From an uncultured Nitrososphaerales archaeon (GTDB lineage: Archaea > Thermoproteota > Nitrososphaeria > Nitrososphaerales > Nitrososphaeraceae), in contig CAVQMO010000010.1 of NCBI GenBank assembly GCA_963713605.1, positions 1,056,001 to 1,120,000 on the forward strand: a stretch of DNA of 64,000 bases, written 5' to 3'. The notes beneath the pieces were generated by a model that was given only the letters and a program-made list of their open reading frames with translations, ran no database searches and had not been told where the DNA came from. Below are positions 55,494 to 64,000 of the stretch, in pieces (within the stretch, counting starts at the first letter, position 1; each line of letters opens with the position of its first letter). Made by a program: the position numbers and the translations under genes.

Positions 55494-55715
55494 TCAACAA
55501 GGAGGCATGTGAGGCCCACCGCACATTTTGGTCGCGGCTATGCCACCAGTTTCTTCCGTGGTAGTCCCGCTGGTCATATTACCGCCAGTCATATTTCCTA
55601 TAGTAGCGTTGTCAGCTGTCTGTGCCAATGCTAGGCCAATCCCAAAATTTGCTAGTGCAGCCATGGCAATTACCATCACCGTCGCCATAGTTACCACTAA
55701 AAGTCTCGATCTCAT
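55494..55715 (-). CDS. Small secreted peptide: signal peptide, N-x-T-rich linker, TGGIA, tail ATKMCGGPHMPPC
   Basis: ORF translation; TATA-like element at ~55741; paralog at 54566-54877. Confidence 0.75.
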   Translation of the reverse strand: MRSRLLVVTMATVMVIAMAALANFGIGLALAQTADNATIGNMTGGNMTSGTTTEETGGIAATKMCGGPHMPPC

Positions 55716-56048
55716 CGTGATAATCTAAATCTTGATGAGTATATATATCGTTTGTACAACTTACTCGTGTATGATTCAGAATAATAGTATTTTTGATATC
55801 AAACTAAACAGCGGCGGGTTAAATTGTAGCAAAACCCAATAAACCGTTCTATCTTCATAAATGTTGTAGTTTGATTAAAACAGAATTTACAATTTGACAG
55901 TAGATACCTTACCCACACAGCATATGAGCAAACTACTACTGTATAAAGTCAGTGAACCTGTTACTCGAGCTAATTGGCGTTGTATATGCATGCCGGACAA
56001 CATCATCGTTTATATCCTTTTTTGAATATCATTTCTAATCATTACTCC

Positions 56049-56124
56049 TTATGACCAGCATGCACATTCTCATAGCATCAAGCAAGTCATCAAATGAAGT
56101 TGCATCCTTATCAAGCATACCTTC
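56049..56124 (-). pseudogene. Terminase large subunit 3'-end fragment, copy A
   Basis: EGMLDKDATSFDDLLDAMRM aligns with the end of ORF 59925-60245. Confidence 0.7.
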
Positions 56125-56290
56125 CTTTCGTACCTACTTCCTTTTCATAGCGCTCTTTTGCAGTCGGGCATTGGTACTGATTGTAACTGTAGTATATTGC
56201 AACGACCAATTTTGATACTAAGACAACAACCGGTAATCTACCCTTACCTTACCTTCGTGTATCGTTCCTGATTATCTGAATTCTGACATT

Positions 56291-57190
56291 CTACCTCATA
56301 GAGTCGTTCCTCATTATCTGAAATGAATCGAACATTCTTTTGACAACAGGTAGATAGGTGTCAAAATAACCGGGTTCTGCCTGATATTTTATTTCAAACA
56401 TTTCATTTTCAAGAGGAGCAGCCACTTCTAGCCATTTTCGAGTCTCATTATTGACATATGAGTAATGGACGATCTGATAAGCAGGAATCCCGGAGAGAGT
56501 AGTATTGGATTGGTCAACTAATCACTTACTTTATGTTTCCGTTAAAGTATGACTCTAAAGCAGACTCATGCTTGAATTTGGTAATATACGAGTACTTATC
56601 GATACGCTAACCGGCTCGGCTAAATCAAAAATACTTCTGTTTATTTCCAATGAATAAAGGAAGGCTACGTGATATGCTGCAAGGTTTATTTCAGATTTTG
56701 TCCAATTAGGCGGATAATCCATCTTTATATCATAATCTGGGTTTTCATAAGTTAGAAATTCGTTCGAACCAAAGACATTATCGAAATAGACTAGGCCTAA
56801 GCCCCCAAATGCCATAACTATAATTATGATTGAGCCTATTAACGCAACCGATTGCTGAGGAGTTAACACTTTGTTACTTTTAATTTTATGTTGCAATTTA
56901 TTACTGCCAATGTCTGCCTTTCTAAGTGCCGAATCGAAAGTAAGCGCATGGGTATATGACCGCTCTAACTTTGTTGGTAGTATTTCTCTAAGTCTTCGTT
57001 CCTTGACTATTCCATCAAATGTAGTTTCTATGTCTTTGCGGATTGCTTCGTTTGACAGGCCGTCCTTCTTACCCTGCTCGTATAACTTTACGGCTACATC
57101 AGCAGCGCTAACAAATGCTTGTTTTAGCTCCTCAAGAAGTTTTGAATATTCTCCGGAGCGCTTGGGTTCTATCCCTTCTGCGGACGTCAT
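56291..57190 (-). pseudogene. Chimeric/disrupted ORF: helical N-terminal domain joined to TM plus PsbP-like domain
   Basis: FLTYENPDYDIKMDYPPNW, then after a stop TTLSGIPAY...IKYQAEP..FDTYLPVVKRMFDSFQI. Confidence 0.55.
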
Positions 57191-57384
57191 TTCTTAGACT
57201 TTTTAGCCGGAACGACAGTCTTACGTACTGCAGCGATTAATTCGCCATCCTTACAGACTTCTAAAGTCCATTCAACTTCTTCCCCTGCCTTCAGGCCCCA
57301 CTGTTTTACGATGAACATTGGAACCGTCGTCTTCAAGGATGCCTTGTTTTTCGTGTTCAAAGATAGGGCTGTTCTCTCTCCCAT
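57187..57384 (-). CDS. AbrB/MazE/SpoVT-type DNA-binding protein
   Basis: SLKTTVPMFIVKQWGLKAGEEVEW; start taken at MGERT. Confidence 0.75.
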   Translation of the reverse strand: MGERTALSLNTKNKASLKTTVPMFIVKQWGLKAGEEVEWTLEVCKDGELIAAVRKTVVPAKKSKK

Positions 57385-57592
57385 AGTAATACTACTTGTA
57401 TACATACAATGGAATATATAATCAGCTAACTTATAAGTATACCTTCTAGTATCCCCAAATGTATATATACCTGTTGGTGGGTATATTAATAGTAATATTA
57501 GAAATGAGTCAAAATCAGATTCAAAAACAAGAAAATAATGAAATACGGCAGTACCCTCCAACTGCCCCCTCCTGCAGAATTAACTGTACAGC

Positions 57593-57979
57593 GTGAGGAT
57601 TGAACAAACCGTGAAAGGTGCAAGGATAAGCGTCCACTGCTATAAAAGGATTCTTGAGTTAGCGGCTAGGGAAGCGATAGAGGCGTACTTAAGTACTCGC
57701 AGACAGTTAAAAGAGGTAGGTCTTAAGGTGGCCTATGATTGTAGATCCAATGGATTCGCCAATGTTCAAGTCTATCTTGCGGGGAAAGATGATCAGGGTC
57801 GTGCAATTCGACTAGAAAGTGACGGGGTAACACCCCATGTACACAAAACTAAAGTACCTTCCCAACAACAGGCACAACAGCAGCAGCAACAATTCCGACA
57901 GTCGGAAAATAATGTTGTTACTACTATGCATTGCTTCGAACGATGGACGCAAAACTCGACAGGATTCTTAATGTTCTAA
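57593..57979 (+). CDS. Hypothetical protein, divergent from the AbrB gene (mobile-element-like)
   Basis: 128-aa ORF with poly-Gln segment. Confidence 0.5.
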   Translation: MRIEQTVKGARISVHCYKRILELAAREAIEAYLSTRRQLKEVGLKVAYDCRSNGFANVQVYLAGKDDQGRAIRLESDGVTPHVHKTKVPSQQQAQQQQQQFRQSENNVVTTMHCFERWTQNSTGFLMF

Positions 57980-58212
57980 CGGCAAGGGAAACCAGCAGTA
58001 CCAGGACCTAACTAGTAATTAGTAAGAATGACTAAAGTTAGCATGCAAGATCGGGAATGGGGCAAGAGGGATAAAGTGACCAACATCCGAGAATGGTAGA
58101 AGACGGAAAATACCATCTTACTGCATCCTACAACCATTGGTCATATCACGAGGCGAGGCGATTGAGCTCGTGCACGAAGCCATCGGCCGCCCTGTTCCCG
58201 GAGGTCGTGAAC

Positions 58213-59028
58213 TTACGCCTTCAGCGCCAGTGTGAGCAGGTAGTCCTGCCTCATCAAATTCTCATGTATGTAAGGTGTAATGGCTCGTATAAAGTCGTGT
58301 TCTAGTGCCTCGACCTTAGCTAGTACCCTGTCCCCCAAGTGCTTGGATGGCGCGTATCAGGGGCCCATATTTTGTACTAAACAATTGCCAAAAATGGTTT
58401 GGGCTCAATACAGGAATGTGTACGGCACCTCGTTCGAAGTGAAGGTCCTTGACGTTGCTACTGCCTAGACGCTCCTGTACTGTCTGTGGAATTCCCCATT
58501 GCATAGGCGAGGGAGGGCTCCCAGGAGGAGGCGGGACATGCTTTACAATAGCCGCGAAGAATCTTCCTACTGTATGTTCAGGAGGCCAAGTTGTAAATGC
58601 GATACGGCCCCCTTCCTTTGTGACTCTGATCAGCTCTTTGGAGCAACCTCTGGACGAGGAGTAAACATATGTCCTAGACTTGATAACACTATGTCAAATG
58701 AATTATCAGGAAAGGGAAGGTCTTCAGCATCACCGTGTTTCCATTCGATCCCTTCCGTTACACCGGCAAGGGCTGCTTCTTCCTTCGCACGTGCCAAAAG
58801 TTCAGGTGTGAGGTCTATCCCAATTACCTTCCCCCCTGCTCTGCACGCAGTGATAGCTGTAATGCCAGTACCACATGCTACGTCTAGCACTTGCTCACCA
58901 CGACTGACACTTGCGGCACGTACTAAGTGAGCGGACATAGGAGAAAGGAAGGTCGCTATGTCGTTATAAGAACCCAAGGCCCAAGTTGCCTTCGCTTTCT
59001 CCTTGAGATCTGCAATAGGGTCGCTCAA
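58213..59028 (-). CDS. Class I SAM-dependent methyltransferase, frameshifted; locally higher GC
   Basis: VLDVACGTG, GIDLTP, GDAEDLPF.DNSFD, GGRIAFTTWPP, ends QDYLLTLALKA*. Confidence 0.85.
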
Positions 59029-59133
59029 AACAAATCTTCAAAGTACTATTCGACTAGTTGTAATAAAGTTTTTATGTTCTAAGGAACGGTATCACCGAGA
59101 ATTGTCCCTCTAAATTTCAGAACCTACATCATT

Positions 59134-59542
59134 GTGAGGGTCATGTGTCGTTCCCTCTGTCGTCATTCTACACATGTGACTCTTCATGATGATGCAGAGG
59201 GATATGCCGCGGGATGGAATCCTGGTAATGTTCCTATTACCCCCCTACAAATTCCTCCTATAATTAGCGCTCCACCCTTCGGACTCATCACAATCAAATC
59301 ACCGGTTGAGTTGGAGGGCTTCATTTTCTATAGAAGCCACGTTCGTAAATCCTCAGAATCCTGAAACATTCCAAACACCAGAAGAACCACCTATAGTGAT
59401 TACTAGAGCAGGGCAATGCGAACTGGGTGATGTTAATACATCTACAAATACATTTGGCCTAGATTGTACTCGGGATGATGGTACTGGTTCTGTAAGTAGA
59501 CCCCTTGATGGAGCCATCCTTACATATATTATCACTAAATAG
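59134..59542 (+). pseudogene. Fragment of an extracellular-type beta-rich domain, frameshifted
   Basis: Overlapping ORFs VTLHDDAEGYAAGWNPG... and ...CELG...FGLDC...PLDGAILTYIITK*. Confidence 0.4.
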
Positions 59543-59569
59543 TCTCACAAGAGAGTAAAACTGACTCGA

Positions 59570-59659
59570 TCAATGGCAAAATAACAAACTCATTCGAAAC
59601 GCATCGAATAAATCATCCTGGCTAGTTGCTTCCTTGTCTAATGCACCTTCCCCATTTTC
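59570..59659 (-). pseudogene. Terminase large subunit 3'-end fragment, copy B
   Basis: ENGEGALDKEATSQDDLFDAFRMSLLFCH*. Confidence 0.75.
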
Positions 59660-59924
59660 TAGAGAAACATTATTAGAGAACTATAGAAGAATCCATTCTT
59701 ACATAACTATAGAAGAATCTTATATAAATGATGTTTACGTTATAATAGTTTTACAGTGAGATGATATGAGACGATGAGATGGGAATGTATTTACTGTAAC
59801 AGCGTAATGGATAGCACAAACTTTACAGAATTCATAAAACAAAGTGACAACGACAGGAACAGCGTTCAACAAGCGAAAGTGCAATATCATACTTGGAGAC
59901 CGCTGCCAGAGTCAGGCGACGAGG

Positions 59925-60290
59925 CTAGTGCCAGAACAGAAGCGCTAGTCTAAAACCGTCGAACAAATCGTCATATGAAGTAGCATCTTTATCTAGGGAC
60001 CCTTCTCCTTTTTCAACTGCCGTACGTAATGCGGTAATTAACTTCGCATGCTTGGGATTAATTTCTACTTGGCCATCATTGTACTCGAGCATCTGCTTAC
60101 AATGGGCAAGCATCTTTTTATGTTCCTTGGAAAATGCTACCGGGATCACAAACATATTTTCCTCCAGGAATTTCAAGTCGTAAATTGATGGGTACTGTTT
60201 CTTCAAATAAGAACATACGCGTTCATAGTTTGTATCCTCATCCAATCTTTCCTTTAAAGCACGGATAAAGGATGGATTAGCGCCGGAAAC
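59925..60290 (-). pseudogene. Terminase large subunit nuclease-domain fragment, copy C (longest)
   Basis: SGANPSFIRALK...LITALRTAVEKGEGSLDKDATSYDDLFDGFRLAL. Matches the D-x-A-x-P and DDxxDAxR motifs of TerL RNase H-like domains. Confidence 0.72.
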
Positions 60291-60291
60291 A

Positions 60292-60357
60292 ATACCAGAA
60301 CGCTAAACTCATTCGAAACGCATCAAATAAATCATCGGTTGACGTTGCTTCCTTGTC
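60292..60357 (-). pseudogene. Terminase large subunit 3'-end fragment, copy D
   Basis: DKEATSTDDLFDAFRMSLAFWY, abutting copy C. Confidence 0.72.
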
Positions 60358-60531
60358 TGCATTACTAAATCATCTTAGCGTACTTACTAAGTTAAAGGAC
60401 TCAAGTTCGTACTTGGTAGCGTTCGACAGTAAATCTACGGAAGTCTCATTTAACTCTGGATCACCTGTTTCTACAAAGTCACGAAACAGAGCATAACTTG
60501 CACGCTCAGAATTCAAACTTTTTATGTATGT

Positions 60532-60957
60532 ATGGAAAGCAGGCAGCGTGAAGTAAGTGATATAAGAAGTATTGAAACAGGTATTCAATTCCTTTCTCAG
60601 GCTGAGAAAATGGATGAGCTTCATGATGAAATTGGCTTATCTAAGAATGGTTGTAGTTTTCTGCTGCAGCATCCCAATGGCCTAAAGATATCAGTTGTAT
60701 CTTTCGAAGATTTGAGGGATGGTGAATTCCTCGAGTTAGCCCATTTTGGAAGACGTCCCAATGATATACAAAGGAAAAAATGGATTGCTGAAAATGGTAT
60801 GCAAAAGGACCACGAGCGGCTAGCAGAAGTACTTAGGCAGAGGATGGAAGGCGAGATCCCGGATAAAAATATGACCGCGGAAGAAGTGAAGGGCATAATA
60901 TCATCGGCTCTCAACGATAGTAACAGTAGTAATAGTAGTAGTAGTACTAGGTACTAG
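60532..60957 (+). CDS. Hypothetical protein/fragment (5' part overlaps an opposite-strand gene remnant at 60370-60624)
   Basis: 141-aa ORF. Confidence 0.35.
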   Translation: MESRQREVSDIRSIETGIQFLSQAEKMDELHDEIGLSKNGCSFLLQHPNGLKISVVSFEDLRDGEFLELAHFGRRPNDIQRKKWIAENGMQKDHERLAEVLRQRMEGEIPDKNMTAEEVKGIISSALNDSNSSNSSSSTRY

Positions 60958-61627
60958 TGGCAATCGTAAGAGAAAGCGCAAAGAATGACTATTCGCTTTC
61001 TCGGAACTCCATTAGCCACGATCGACCAATCTTAATACTTAACACACGTTATAAAGCCACCTCATACTATCTCCTTACCGAGTGGCCTTAATAACAAGGA
61101 GAGCCTATCAGATTCAGGGCCTTACTAGGGTTCACAAATACTCGCTAGAACAAATATTGTATTTCCTTCTAAGAAGGACGATCGGTGGGCATTGGTCGTG
61201 TCGTTGACAATAACAGGCTAGACTCATCTGCATATTCCTACATTACAAATAAATCAAAGACGCTAAAAAGTAGTGGAGCCGGTATAGGATAGAGACCCGC
61301 CAACCACTGACCGTCCATATGAAGTAATATCTATTACTGTACCTTGCAGAACGGATAACTTCTTCATATGAAACTGTTTATTGTAATGATGGTATCTCCA
61401 TGTGATCCTTTCCTGACCGCTTTAAATCACTGGGTGTGGTTGGGCCAAGTTAACGAGTTTATGCCTAAATAGGTCAAGAGTTAAGTCCTAACTACTTTGA
61501 TGACAAATCGACTAGGACGAGCAGAAGCGCATTTTAACTAACTAACTACTTGACTAACTAATCGACTAATGCCAGAACTCCAGTGACAATCTGAAACTCA
61601 ATCTCAGTCATAAAAACATCTTTTACA

Positions 61628-61690
61628 TAAACTATAGATGATAAATCAGATTTAAGTAGAGAACATATCTCACCAAATCCAGATTAGTCA
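61628..61690 (+). promoter_or_regulatory. Conserved upstream block of collagen-like gene 1 with palindrome TAAATC-A-GATTTA
   Basis: taaactatagatgataaatcagatttaa...caccaaatcca, near-identical to 63159-63220. Confidence 0.7.
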
Positions 61691-61722
61691 TTTTGTGTTT
61701 TTGGATGCTTGTAGCAGAAGGT

Positions 61723-63042
61723 ATGGATAATAAGACCAACAACGGAAATCGAAAAATATCAGTTTCAGTAGTCACGATAATGCTCATAGTTGGAGCAGTA
61801 TCAACAGCACAACTATCGTCTATGGTAATAACTAATGGTAATGTAGTCTACGCCTATTCTGCCAATTCTGAATCAAGCAGCATCTCAAGTCATTAACTGC
61901 TCGGGACAAGATGAGAGTAGCCAAAATTGTGTAAACAATAATCTTGAAACGCAAGGAAAAGATAATGATGTAAATGCTCAGATCTCGACACCATCAGGAC
62001 CCCAAGGGCCTTCTGGACCTCAAGGACCGGAGGGACCCCAAGGACCACAAGGAGTGCAGGGACCAGCAGGTGCAGTAGGACCAGCAGGACCACAGGGTGA
62101 ACAAGGACTACAAGGGATTCAAGGAATTCAAGGAGTTAAAGGAGATACTGGCGCTACAGGACCAGCAGGACCAGCAGGTGCAGAAGGACCAGCAGGACCA
62201 GCAGGTGCTAGTAGGACCAGCAGGACCAGCAGGTGCTGAAGGACCAGAAGGTGCTGAAGGACCAGCAGGACCAGCAGGCAGCAGGTGCAAAGGACAGCAG
62301 GCTGCAACAGGTACCAGTAGGACCAGCAGGTGCTGAAGGACCAGCAGGACCAGCAGGGCCAGCAGGTGCAATAGGACCAGCAGGACCAGCAGGTGCAATA
62401 GGACCAGCAGGACCAGCAGGATGCAATAGGACCAGCAGGACCAGCAGGACCAGCAGGACCAGCAGGTGCAAAAGGACCAGCAGGACCAGCAGGTGCAGCA
62501 GGTGCAATAGGACCAGCAGGTCCGAAGGACCAGCAGGTGCAGAAGGACCAGCAGGACCAGCAGGTGCAATAGGACCAGCAGGACCAGCAGGTGCAATAGG
62601 ACCAGCAGGACCAGCAGGTGCAATAGGACCAGCAGGACCAGCAGGTGGCAGCAGGTGCAATAGGACCAGCAGGTGCAATAGGACCAGCAGGACCAGCAGG
62701 TGAATAGACCAGCAGGACCAGCAGGTGCAATAGGACCAGCAGGTCCAGCAGGACCAGCAGGACCTGACAAGGTATTACAAACTACGAGCTACAAGCAAAT
62801 CCGCCCACTACAATTACGCCCAACTCGGGAATTGGAACTAGCATGGTGACCTGCCCTCCAGGAACAGTCGTGACGGGAGGAGGAATGGAGCTCCTCGGCG
62901 CCCAACCAAGTTACGTTCTCTGTTGAAACGGGCCACCAGATTGGCAATGGATGGACGGTTGAATTTTTTAATGGTACTCCTACTTCTGCTAATGCCCAAT
63001 TGCGTGCTGTGGCAACCTGTGCTTCACTAATACCACCTCTAG
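61723..63042 (+). CDS. Secreted collagen-like (Gly-X-Y) protein 1 with Cys-containing N- and C-terminal domains; many indels, end approximate
   Basis: Signal peptide ...[21 protein letters not shown], long GPA/GAI/GAE repeats, [12 protein letters not shown]...GWTV...AVATCASL. Confidence 0.8.
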
Positions 63043-63113
63043 GTACCTTAAGTAAGGACAAACCTCCACCTCTTTTTTTCCATTCAAACTTCCCACTCTT
63101 TTTATCTTTTTGA

Positions 63114-63147
63114 AACACGAATATTTTTAGAACACGAATATTTTTAG
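63114..63147. repeat. 17-bp tandem direct repeat
   Basis: (aacacgaatatttttag)x2. Confidence 0.8.
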
Positions 63148-63158
63148 AATCCTTGATA

Positions 63159-63220
63159 TAAACTATAGATGATAAATCAGATTTAACTAGCAAACAGATT
63201 TCACCAAATCCAAATAAATC
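63159..63220 (+). promoter_or_regulatory. Conserved upstream block of collagen-like gene 2 with palindrome TAAATC-A-GATTTA
   Basis: Matches 61628-61690. Confidence 0.7.
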
Positions 63221-63250
63221 AATTTCCCCTTCTTGGTACCGCTAGAGAGC

Positions 63251-64000
63251 ATGGGAACCAATATTAGAAAAACCAAGGGAATTCGGACGTTATCTATGTC
63301 GGTAACTACGATATTGCTCGTTGGCAGCATCAGTGGTACAACTGTCGTCTATGACATTATCCAATGGTAATGTAGTTTACGCGTATTCTTCCAACTTTAA
63401 TTCGGCAGCGTCTCTTGTCATTAACTGTTCAGGAGATCATGAGAGTAGTCAAAATTGTGTAAACAATAATCTGGAATCACAGGGAAAAAATAATGACAAT
63501 AATGCGCAGGTAAGCACACTACCTGGACCGCCAGGACCTCAAGGACCAGCAGGACCAGCAGGATCACAGGGTGAACAAGGACTACAAGGAGTTAAAGGAG
63601 ATACTGGCGCTACAGGACCAGCAGGACCAGCAGGTGTACTAAGGACCAGCAGGATCACAGGGTGAACAAGGACTACAAGGAGTTAAAGGAGATACTGGCG
63701 CTACAGGACCAGCAGGATCACAGGGTGAACAAGGACTACAAGGAGTTAAAGGAGATACTGGCGCTACAGGACCAGCAGGATCACAGGGTGAACAAGGACT
63801 ACAAGGAGTTAAAGGAGATACTGGCGCTACAGGACCAGCAGGATCACAGGGTGAACAAGGACTACAAGGAGTTAAAGGAGATACTGGCGCTACAGGACCA
63901 GCAGGACTCACAGGGTGAACAAGGACTACAAGGAGTTAAAGGAGATACTGGCGCTACAGGACCCGCAGGTGCAGTAGGACCAGCAGGACCACAAGGAGAG
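63251..64000 (+). CDS. Secreted collagen-like protein 2 (partial, runs off window end)
   Basis: ...VVYAYSSN...[17 protein letters not shown] then Gly-X-Y repeats. Confidence 0.8.
63552..63958 (+). repeat. 63-bp tandem repeat encoding [21 protein letters not shown] (~6 copies)
   Basis: ggaccagcaggatcacagggtgaacaaggactacaaggagttaaaggagatactggcgctaca repeated almost identically, no spacers. Confidence 0.92.

Noticed and set aside
61893..62770. Minus-strand Leu-rich and CWS-repeat ORFs
   Set aside because: Antisense shadows of the collagen repeat.
63552..63958. Possible CRISPR array
   Set aside because: Units are contiguous, near-identical 63-mers without unique spacers and encode Gly-X-Y collagen; no cas genes.

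Overview
Archaeal chromosomal segment, almost certainly from an ammonia-oxidising Nitrososphaerota archaeon (Nitrososphaeraceae-like). Markers are 4-hydroxybutyryl-CoA dehydratase, egsA, eIF5A, RNase P proteins, the archaeal PoK/PPS CoA pathway and an intron-containing tRNA. Bases 1 to ~48,300 are core housekeeping genes plus tRNA-Tyr (two introns) and tRNA-Pro. Many conserved genes carry 1-4 single-base indels, which looks like uncorrected long-read error rather than real decay. From ~48,300 to the end is an accessory region. It holds a silk-like poly-Ala/Gly secreted protein, two paralogous collagen-like proteins with a shared palindromic upstream motif, two paralogous small secreted peptides with a conserved glycosylation-rich leader and a variable Cys-closed tail, pseudogenes (SnoaL-like, SEC-C/HEPN), and four diverged co-oriented copies of the 3' end of a viral terminase large-subunit gene lying between cargo genes. 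No integrase, rRNA or CRISPR array was seen. All functional calls come from motif recognition by eye; no database searches were run.
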